Assembly (NCBI RefSeq): GCF_001194135.2
Contig: NC_068981.1
Location: 52,423,494 to 52,487,493 of the forward strand
From: Octopus bimaculoides
Lineage: Eukaryota
Length of the DNA stretch: 64,000 bases
Direction: 5' to 3'
This document shows, piece by piece, positions 1-11,105 of this stretch (positions are counted from its first letter, which is position 1; every line of letters begins with the position of its first letter). The notes beneath the pieces are model-generated. The model was not told the origin of the DNA. It did not search any database and worked only from the letters and a program-made list of their open reading frames with translations. The translations under genes and the position numbers were made by a program.

Positions 1-331
1 ACACACACACACACACACACACACACACTATGTGCAGGCATAGCACCTTGGGTAAGTGGTTTTACTATAGCCCCAGCCTGATCAAAGCCTTGTGAGTGGA
101 TTTGGTAGATGGAAACTGAAAGAAGTCTGTTGTGTGTGTGTGTAATGATGATGGTGATGGTAGTAATAATAATCTCATTTAGATGTTAACTTTGGAGTTT
201 ACCTTATTATGCTCATCCATGGGTACAGGCTATCAGATAAACTGTAATCTGGAAATTCTTTGTTCTACCAAACACATGCCTGAAAATTCACAAGTATCCA
301 CAGAATTTTTATTATTACAAACAATGAGAAA

Positions 332-607
332 GGAGTGAACAAGTTCTTTTACTATATCAATTTACAATTGTTTCATTGAAATTTGAACTCATAAATATAG
401 CTATATTATGCAATAATACAGGCAGCAATTTCTTCATGAGATCTTGAACTCAGCTCATCAGAATTGTGTATAAAATGAATTTTATACATAATTCTGATGA
501 GTTGAGTTCAAGACTTCCTGAATAAATTGTTGCATAGTTTATTGCAATATATAGCAATATTCAGGAGATCAATTATGATCAATGTAACAAAAGGACTTGC
601 TCATTCC
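332..607. repeat. Long imperfect palindrome (foldback / MITE-like)
   Basis: Core 422-533 is nearly perfect with a 2-nt centre at 478-479; outer arms pair out to 332-350 / 589-607. Confidence 0.85.
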
Positions 608-623
608 ATACTCCTTGTTCATA

Positions 624-654
<31 letters not shown>

Positions 655-749
655 CTTACTCAACAAATTTCATCTAACCCATGCAAGCATGCAAAAAGTG
701 GACTTAAATGATAAAGATGAATAATGATGATACACACCTACATATGCAA

Positions 750-869
750 TGGCTTCTTTCAAAGCTTTATTATGGAAAACATTTGCCCAAGGTACAGTGC
801 ACTGGAACTGAACCAAAAGCCTCATTGTTAGGAAGCAAATTTCTGAACCACACAGCCATGCCTGCTCCT
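750..869 (-). mobile_element. SINE head fragment
   Basis: CTTGCCCAAGG...GAACTGAACC...CCACACAGCCATGCCTGC. Similar heads at 30-150, 9748-9822, 19286-19418 and 26545-26690 (+). Confidence 0.7.
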
Positions 870-1035
870 AGTAACAGAAAGAACTCTTCAATATTTTTAT
901 AAATTTTCTCACTTTACTTTATATGTTCGTTGAATTTCCAAAATTGTATCACTTTTATTGTTTCATAATTGCACTATATACCATGTATAATTTATTGATG
1001 GTGATTCTAATAACAATAATTTGTTACAATTTCAG

Positions 1036-1192
1036 GCTGGTGGTGCTGCTGGAACATCTGTAGACGTTCTGCTTTTTCCTCTTGACACCATGCGGACTCG
1101 TTTGCAAAGCCAACGTGGATTTCAGGCATCAGGTGGTTTCCGAGGAATTTACTCTGGGCTTGGCTCTGCTGTTATTGGATCTGCTCCCCAAG
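1036..1192 (+). CDS. SLC25A26: SLC25A26 exon 2 (157 nt)
   Basis: ttcag|GCT...CAAG|gtttt; [52 protein letters not shown]. Confidence 0.95.
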
Positions 1193-4100
1193 GTTTTTTT
1201 TTTTTGTTTTATTTCCATTTCATTTTATCATCTAACTTTCTAAATTTATCCATTTCATCATTGAGTTGTTAACCAGTTCATAAAAGTAATTTACCTGATA
1301 TCACAAGAAGACTAGACATTGTTTCAAGTAAATATGGTATGAAAATCAACTGTAAAAAAAAAGATAACACAGAACAAATGACACCAATTCAAGTTAATGA
1401 CATTCTGGTTCCTATTTTATGAAAATGTAACATGCAAAACTGAGATGAAGAGGTGGATTGAAATAACAATAGCATAATTGGCAAAGATAAATAAATTTGG
1501 AGCAGTGTGAACATTGATTTAAGTGAGAAACTGAAACTAATGTAATCTATACAACTCTGTTGTATGGATGTCAGACATAGACATACTCAAAAAATCACTG
1601 AGATAAAATTGTCAGCATTTGAAATGAGGTGCTTTCTGAAAACTCTTACATTATGTGGAAGGACCACCAGACCAAACAGTCAATCTTAGAACAACTTACT
1701 GTCTTTGTTGGGAAGAGAAAAAGACTTATAGATATAGCAAGAGGAAGGAAGCTGCAATTGTATAGTCACATTAGTAGAATGACTGGGTTAATTGAAAATA
1801 CAATCATGTTTGGTAAAATAGAAAATAAAAGAAGAGAACAACCAAGAAGAGACTGACTCAGTGATGTTGAAATGTGAACTGGGATAAGAATATCTGAATG
1901 TATAAAGAAAGCCAAAGACCAAGAGGAGTGGAAAAGATTTGCAAAAGAGTTTGGATGCTCTAAAGGCAAAAACATGATGGAAATGACTTGTTTTGATTCA
2001 GAACATTCAACTGCTATGAGATAAATTTTTTTTCTTTTCTTTTCTTATTCTGTAAAGAAAATCTCCCCACTTTTTGGTGCAGTTTTAGTTTTAAAAAATC
2101 TGAGCTTCTGTTAGAGATTGATATAATTGTTGAGTGACAAAATGAATTTTAAAGAGAATCTTAGATTTGCTTATGAAAATAAAGTTTTTAACAAGTGTCA
2201 TTTGCAGTTCTAATGTTGATGTATGGATACAATCATTAATTATAAATTCTGATACATCTATATCATTGTGAGATAAGGCACAGTATGCTGGTTTTGGGCA
2301 TAGCTGATAGAAAAAAGACAACCAGTACATTTTGCAATTGAAAACTAGCATTTAAAAATTAGAACTTCCAAATAACATGCATAAAATCCCAGAATATCCA
2401 AATTTTCAGTGTCTTCCTCCCCATTTAAAATATGAAATTTAATTTTTAAAAAATTTTAAAGAAGTAGTTTATTTGAAACTTTGACCATACCATATTTTAC
2501 CATAATAGTTTAATCAATTCTTATGGAATTTTTTTGCCTTAATTTCAGCATCTTTGTTTTTTCTCACATATGAATTCACTAAAACAGTCATCTCAACGAC
2601 ATTTGAGCCAAAAATAGCATCAATAAGTTACATGATAGCTGCATCTGCAGGAGAAGTGGTAAGTTATCATCATCATCATCATATGTCCGTTGGCATAGGT
2701 TAGACGGTTTGACAGAATCTGGCAAGCTGCAGGACTGTGCTGAGCTCTAGTGTCAGCTTTGGTATAGCTTGCTTGCATAGCTGAATGCTCTTCCTAATGT
2801 CAACCACTTTATAGTTTATACTGGGTGCTTTTTTGTGTCACCGGTACTAGTGAGGTGCCAACTAAATTGCAACACAAAAAAACAAAAAGAAAAGGAAAAA
2901 AGCTCCTGCTACCAAGTGTGTCTGTTTGAGTGAGAGAGGTAACATTATGCCAAGTGTTGAAATGCTAAAGTATGATAGAAGAACAAGCATAGGTGTCTTA
3001 CTATAGAGGAGATATATGGCTACCACTCATTATATAGCAGTGGGAGTAGTTGGGAAGGAGATAAAATTGGTAGTGAAGAAGTACCCGAGCAACCTCTCAA
3101 GGTACAAGGCAGTGAGACAATGAGTCAGAGGAGGAGAGGGGAGCATGGGTACTTTCATGAATGTTTGAGGGGAGAGTAACAGATGGTTAGAGATGTGTGT
3201 GTGGGGGTAGCAGTGAATACAATGATTGATGGAACAAGTATGGAGGTATGGTTGATGAGAAGTATCAATATGGAGATGTGATAAGATGAGATAGAATTGT
3301 GAATATATGTGTGTGTGTGTGTACATGTATATGCTTTTCTTTAAAGGATTAGCATAAATTCTGATTGATTAATTTTTGCTTGTTCAACACAGATGGCTTG
3401 TTTGATCCGAGTACCTGTCGAGGTAGTCAAACAGAGAACTCAGACGTCATCAAACATGTCTTCTCTGAAGATTTTCCAGCAAACCTTACAGGCAGAAGTA
3501 AGTAAAAAGTAACTTTTATCTCATAAGAAAACTATCAGCTACAATAAGTAATACATTCTTCTCAAAAAAATCAAAAATATTGTTGACTTTCTTCTTATTG
3601 GATGGCTTTTAAGCCAAAACAGCTTAGTGTTTTACTGTGATAAGAAATGCTAAATAAATCTCCTAGTAGGATATCAGTCTATCATAGAGATCATTCTCAT
3701 TTGATCTGTTACTATTATAAATAGCTAGATGAAATGAAGCACTTAGAATAAAGTGCACTCTGCAAATATATGAAAATTCTTCAGAAGAAATGAACTAAAG
3801 ACCTTTGAGATTGTAACTTAATATCATATGTATCTAACTAATTTGTTTCTACTTTCTAAGCCACTACCATGGTAGAACTTAAATTTAGCATTAAAAGATA
3901 ATGAAACTCTCATCAATTGGACAGCATTTTTACTTCTTACAGTTGTAATCTGTGCCTACTTGTGCTATTTATTATTAACAGGATTCATTTAACAAGTGCT
4001 AGTTGTCTTACCTGGGAACTGAGTATACCCTGTCCATTTCAACCAGTAGACACATTATCAGCTTTGACTGGAAGACTTATTATCAACCTTTCTGCTGTTG

Positions 4101-6564
4101 TTCACAATATAATACTAAATGCTTTTTTAGTAAACTAGCAGATATAGTAAAGTATCAAGTCGGCAAATGCACATGAGTTTAAATCTTAAGTTCTACAAAA
4201 TTTAAGCATACATTAGTTTCATAGTACTATAGTTACTTAAAATAGTGAGTTCCTACTTTGCAGTACCTGTTTATATCTACCTTGGCATGCCATTTGTGAG
4301 TTACAAAACACTTCACTGGGAGAAAGATTGGAATTACTAGCCTTATTACTATTTGTCTGTTACTTTGTCTTGAACATCTGCATTCTATAAAAATACACGA
4401 ACATCAAAATTAGTAAAACCTATACCACCTGTGAATGACACAGCAGTAAAAAAAAAATAGGTGAATAAATAAAGTTTCAATAAATCTCAATTGTCTTTTG
4501 TTACCATGTAAACTCTTCATTGTATCTTCCTTTACATTGATATCTTGATTTTTCAACCATTGTTAAAATGCTTGTTTCTGTTGTAGGGTATCAGAGGACT
4601 TTATCGAGGTTATGGAAGCACTGTTTCCAGAGAAATTCCATTCTCTTTCATCCAATTTCCACTTTGGGAATTTTTTAAGGTAGTAATGCCATAGTTACAT
4701 TCAGTGATTCTTGCATTTAGCCACATATATCATCATCATTTAATGTTCAGTTTTCATGCTTGTACAGATCAGGTGGAATTTGTTAAGTCAGATTTTCTAT
4801 GGTTGGATGCCCTCCTTGTCACCAGTCCTCACCTATTTCCAAGCAACATAATATTTTCCTAGAGCCAGTTAAGTTTTTCATGGATGGTTGGAAACAACTT
4901 GTAAGACAGTGATGCTTGTTTAGAACTACAACACACACAATGAAGAATTCTTTTCAGTTTATGTCTGCTCAATCCACTTACAAGACTTTGGTTGGTCCAT
5001 AGTTATAATAGGAGATACTTGCCCAAGGTGATATGCATTGGGACTGAACTTGAAACCATATGTTTGCAAAGCAAGCCTCTTAACTGCAACAATATTCATT
5101 ATATTTGTGCTAAATACAAAAATCTCATGGATTTTAATTAAAATGAATTCGTCCTCCAGGTCATAAAGAAATTTAAGACTGGAAGCCCACAGGAACTACT
5201 ATATGCTGATGATCTTGCCCTAATAATAATCCTTTCTTCTATAAACACACAGCCTGGTGTTCACCAAGGCTAGGTCTTCAGCCCCTTCCTATTCATCATT
5301 GTCCTCCAGGCCATAGCAGAGGGATTTAAGACTGGAAGCCCATGGGAACTACTATATGCTAAGGATCTTGCCTTCATAGTAGAATCTGTAACAAAATTAG
5401 AAAAGAAATTCCATGTGTGGACTCAAAGGGTCTTAAAGTTAACTTAGCAAAACCAAGGTCCTAGTAAGCAAGAAATCAGACAGGAGTCTTCACTCTTCAG
5501 GTAAATGGTCCTGCTCAATATGTAGAAAGGGTGTAGGAAGAAATTTCATTTGATGTGCCCAGTGCAAGCTGTGGATATACAAAAAGTGCAATGGAATAGT
5601 AGGAAGATTATCTAAGAAAGTTGTGTTTGTATAAGGAAGATGTACAGGAGCTATAAAGACCACAGATACATGGGAAACTGATTTCCTCAAATGTCCCAGT
5701 GGCTCTCTGGAAGTAGTAGATAATTTCTGCTACCTAGGTGATCTAATTAGCAATGGAGGAAGTTGTACAGAAAGTGTAATTATTAGATAAGAATAAAATG
5801 AAGAAAGTACAAAGAGCTTTTACCTCTGTTGGCAACCAAAGGTCTTTCTCTTTGAGAAATGTTATTTCAATCCATGTCTTTTTTTGAACAGTAAGAACAT
5901 TTTCTAAATTGAGTCTTTATTTCTATCATCTATATTTGGCAGAGATTTTGGAGTGAGAAACAACAAGAGCCTGTGAAACCTTGGCAATCATCAGTTTGTG
6001 GTGCTCTGGCTGGTAAGAATACCCTTTTATGATGTATTCTAGGATAGAGCTTTACAAAATGGTTTTACAGTAATTTAGAAGTTTTCGTAATCAAACCTAA
6101 GGAAAAAACACTACTGTAAAAGAAAGCACCTGTTGAAAACAGGTATTTCTTTTAATTACATTTTGGAACGCAAGTGTAACTATTTTGTAGGTTCACCCTT
6201 CAATCATCAGACAATATGCTGTGCTTGAGAAGACCTGTTGAGTTAAGTGAAATCGTTGTCGTGGCTGATGCCAGTGCCACCTAACTGGCACCTGTGCCAG
6301 TGGCACGTAAAATGCACCATTTGAGTGAGCGATACCAATGCCACCTGACTGGCTCCCTTGCTAGTGGCATGTAAAAAGCGCCATTCAAGCGTGGTCGTTG
6401 CCAGTGGCACATAAAAAGCATCCACTACACTCTCAGAGCATAAGGAAGGGCATCCAGCTGTATAAACTTTGACAGAACAGATTGGAACCTGGTGCAGCCT
6501 CCTGGCTTGCCAGTCTTCAGTCAAACCGTCCAACCCATGGAAAACGGATGTTAAAAGATGATGA

Positions 6565-6601
<37 letters not shown>

Positions 6602-7368
6602 NNNNNNNNNNNNNNNNNNNNNNNNNNNNNNNNNNNNNNNNNNNNNNNNNNNNNNNNNNNNNNNNNNNNNNNNNNNNNNNNNNNNNNNNNNNNNNNNNNN
6701 NNNNNNNNNNNNNNNNNNNNNNNNNNNNNNNNNNNNNNNNNNNNNNNNNNNNNNNNNNNNNNNNNNNNNNNNNNNNNNNNNNNNNNNNNNNNNNNNNNNN
6801 NNNNNNNNNNNNNNNNNNNNNNNNNNNNNNNNNNNNNNNNNNNNNNNNNNNNNNNNNNNNNNNNNNNNNNNNNNNNNNNNNNNNNNNNNNNNNNNNNNNN
6901 NNNNNNNNNNNNNNNNNNNNNNNNNNNNNNNNNNNNNNNNNNNNNNNNNNNNNNNNNNNNNNNNNNNNNNNNNNNNNNNNNNNNNNNNNNNNNNNNNNNN
7001 NNNNNNNNNNNNNNNNNNNNNNNNNNNNNNNNNNNNNNNNNNNNNNNNNNNNNNNNNNNNNNNNNNNNNNNNNNNNNNNNNNNNNNNNNNNNNNNNNNNN
7101 NNNNNNNNNNNNNNATATATATATATATATACTAGCAGTATAGCTCGGCTTTGCCCGGGATTAAGTTAGGATTATTAAGCTAATCAAGTTCTTTATTTCA
7201 AATCAAACTAAGTAAAATGGACGTCAAATTTGGGCAGAATCAGTGTTGCGATGGGAGCACATGGGTTGGGAACCCTTCCAGCAAGGAAAATAGAATGCCC
7301 AAAAGGGCTCCCGATTCTCTGTGTCAGAAGTGGTTATGTTCAGATCACAACTAAGTCTTATGTATATG

Positions 7369-7401
<33 letters not shown>

Positions 7402-10400
7402 NNNNNNNNNNNNNNNNNNNNNNNNNNNNNNNNNNNNNNNNNNNNNNNNNNNNNNNNNNNNNNNNNNNNNNNNNNNNNNNNNNNNNNNNNNNNNNNNNNN
7501 NNNNNNNNNNNNNNNNNNNNNNNNNNNNNNNNNNNNNNNNNNNNNNNNNNNNNNNNNNNNNNNNNNNNNNNNNNNNNNNNNNNNNNNNNNNNNNNNNNNN
7601 NNNNNNNNNNNNNNNNNNNNNNNNNNNNNNNNNNNNNNNNNNNNNNNNNNNNNNNNNNNNNNNNNNNNNNNNNNNNNNNNNNNNNNNNNNNNNNNNNNNN
7701 NNNNNNNNNNNNNNNNNNNNNNNNNNNNNNNNNNNNNNNNNNNNNNNNNNNNNNNNNNNNNNNNNNNNNNNNNNNNNNNNNNNNNNNNNNNNNNNNNNNN
7801 NNNNNNNNNNNNNNNNNNNNNNNNNNNNNNNNNNNNNNNNNNNNNNNNNNNNNNNNNNNNNNNNNNNNNNNNNNNNNNNNNNNNNNNNNNNNNNNNNNNN
7901 NNNNNNNNNNNNNNNNNNNNNNNNNNNNNNNNNNNNNNNNNNNNNNNNNNNNNNNNNNNNNNNNNNNNNNNNNNNNNNNNNNNNNNNNNNNNNNNNNNNN
8001 NNNNNNNNNNNNNNNNNNNNNNNNNNNNNNNNNNNNNNNNNNNNNNNNNNNNNNNNNNNNNNNNNNNNNNNNNNNNNNNNNNNNNNNNNNNNNNNNNNNN
8101 NNNNNNNNNNNNNNNNNNNNNNNNNNNNNNNNNNNNNNNNNNNNNNNNNNNNNNNNNNNNNNNNNNNNNNNNNNNNNNNNNNNNNNNNNNNNNNNNNNNN
8201 NNNNNNNNNNNNNNNNNNNNNNNNNNNNNNNNNNNNNNNNNNNNNNNNNNNNNNNNNNNNNNNNNNNNNNNNNNNNNNNNNNNNNNNNNNNNNNNNNNNN
8301 NNNNNNNNNNNNNNNNNNNNNNNNNNNNNNNNNNNNNNNNNNNNNNNNNNNNNNNNNNNNNNNNNNNNNTTATTATATCCATAGGCGGATATTTTTAGTA
8401 TGAAGTGGTAAAGAGTGTGATGTGCTGAAAAAAGAGAGAACAGTACTTGAAGTGTAGTTTCATTCCAGTGGTAAATATCCGTGTAGAAATCCGTGCAAAG
8501 TAATCCTTGTGTGAATAATCCGGAAATTTATGTTGGAACGATATATATATATATATATGCACTCTTTACTTGTTTCAGTCATTTGACTGTGGCCATGCTG
8601 GAGCACCGCCTTTAGTCGAGCAAATCGATCCCAGGACTTATTCTTTATAAGCCTAGTACTTATTCTATCGGTCTCTTTTAGCGAACTGCTAAGTTACAGG
8701 GATGCAAACACACCACCATCGGTTGTCAAGTGATATTTGTGGGGACAGAGACACAAACATATACACACACACACCTCCGCTTGTGAAGACCTGTTGAGGC
8801 AAGTGAAATCGAAACCGAACTAAATTCGACGACTGGCACCCATGCCAACGTCGTCTCCTTCATTGGACACGAAACTCAGCTTGCGAAGACTTATTGGGGC
8901 AAGCGAAATACCCAACTAAATAAGGTAGGATTACAACAAGTCAGCTGTTAATATCATGTCGTTGATGTATCTATGGCCCAGTCACATAACTATCTGTATC
9001 CCAATCTACCTGAAGGTAAAAAGAAGTACTACAAAAGAGTCAGCAAATGTAGCATTTTAAAACGGATGAGTGTTTAGAGGTTTTTTAATTTTTTTTTCAC
9101 TAAGTACAACTCTGAATGAGCATAGAGTAAGATGGGCAGCCTAACACTTCATTTAAAACATGTAAACAAAGACTTTAGAGTGACACTATGGCCCTATAGG
9201 ATTCACCATCACACACATGCATGTATGTGTAAGTATTTATATTAGAAAGACAAAAAAAATTTTCTCCTACTATCAGGAATAAAACATAAAACGTATGATG
9301 GTCTCCCTGTATTTCTGATGAGGTTTAATAATACCAAAATATGTCTAGAGATGTTAAGGCCACAGGTGAGACTCACCCACATCTGCATGTATACATTGTT
9401 TGTAAATGATTTGACAAAAAAAGAATGCACTTCACTTTGGGTGAGATTTCTATGAAGATTTCTTGATTCACTACATTATGTTAACACTGATTTTATTTTG
9501 TGATGGGAATATATTGACATCAAAAATAAATATGTTTATCTGTAGGAGGAATTGCTGCAGGGACAACCACTCCATTAGATGTAGCTAAAACAAGGATCAT
9601 GTTGGCAAAGGTATATTATTTTTATGCTGTTATTATTTTAAAAACCAAATATGATTTAAAATCTTTCTTTCTAATTTTATTGGCTCTGATTTCTATTCAC
9701 TCGAAATGTTATACCACCTGAAGATAATTTTCATTATTTTATGATATAACAGGCTTGGCTGTGTGATTAGGAAACGCACTTGGCAATTATATGGTTTCAG
9801 GTTTATTCCTGCTGCATAGTAACATATCAGGTTGGTGCAAAAGTTATGTCTGATTTAAAGATCTAAGATAAAAATGAATAAGCCAATGAATATTTATTCA
9901 TTAACATACTCTCCGTTGCTTTCAATGACCTCATTCTATCATTCAACAACCTTATAAATGCCTCGCTTGTAAAATTCTGTAGGTTTAGAACCAAAATATG
10001 AATCTAACTCATTTTCAATCTCTTCTCTTGTTAACCTAAGTCCATCAAAATGCTTCTGTAGTCCTCGGAACAAATGGTAATCAGAAGGAGCAAGGTCAGG
10101 AGAATATGGAGGATGAGGCAGTATTTCCCAACCATGTTCTTCCAAGAGAGTTTTCGTCAGTCAAGCTGTGTGAGGACGAGCATTATCATGACGGAAGATG
10201 ACACTCTTTCTGTTAACCAAGGATGCTTGCTTTTGGCTCAGAACTGTTTTCAAATTACAAAGTTGCTCACAGTAAAGATTAGCATTAATTGTTTGGTTGT
10301 TGCCCAACAGTTCATAATGGATTACTCCTTTAATATCCCACCATACATTCAACATGATCTTCTTTGGATGAAATTCTCCTCTCAATTGCTGAAATGGCCG

Positions 10401-11067
10401 TCCTCCTCAACTGATCCAAGAATGGCAGTGTTTAACATTATGGTAAAGAATCCACTTCTCATCACTTGTAACAAGCCTGTCTAAAAATGTTGCTTGAAAG
10501 TGTCACGAAAGCAATGATTGACAACAAGCGACACGCTGTTGTCGATTCTCTGGGGACAGCTCGTGAGGGACCCATTTTCCAGCCACTGAAACTTTTCCAA
10601 TGTGTTTTAGCTGGCATACCACGGTTGTATGGGCCACGTTTAATTGTTCTGCAAGTTCCCTAGTGGTAACTGTAGGGTTCTCTGAAACGAGCTTCCAACA
10701 TTTTGGAATCAAGTTTTTTTTGGACGACCCTCTTTTGGCTCTTCTTTCAAAGTGAAATCACCACTTCAGAAACAGGAAAACCACCTCCTGCAACTTCTTT
10801 CATTCACTACATTATCCCCATAAGTGCTCTGAATAGATCTTGCCGCACTTGCATTAACACCTTTATGAAACTTGTAGAGCAAAACATTTCTTATGTGATC
10901 TTTAGATGGGACAAACATGGTGGTAAAATTTTCTGAGAATTAAGGCCAGAAAGAAAATAATACAAATTAGACACAGAGATATCTTAAAACTATAAGAGGA
11001 GGTTAAAAAATTGGTAAATTCGTTGAAACATTTTTTATAGAAATCAGACATTACTTTTGCACCAGCT

Positions 11068-11105
<38 letters not shown>

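Noticed and set aside
1-1035. SLC25A26 exon 1 (and CYC1 exon 1 in 61523-64000)
   Set aside because: No ATG-bearing phase-0 exon with a convincing donor was found; both probably lie outside the window.
6482-8403. Long ORFs (203-384 aa) in the ORF track
   Set aside because: They are translations of N gaps and (TA)n; artefacts.
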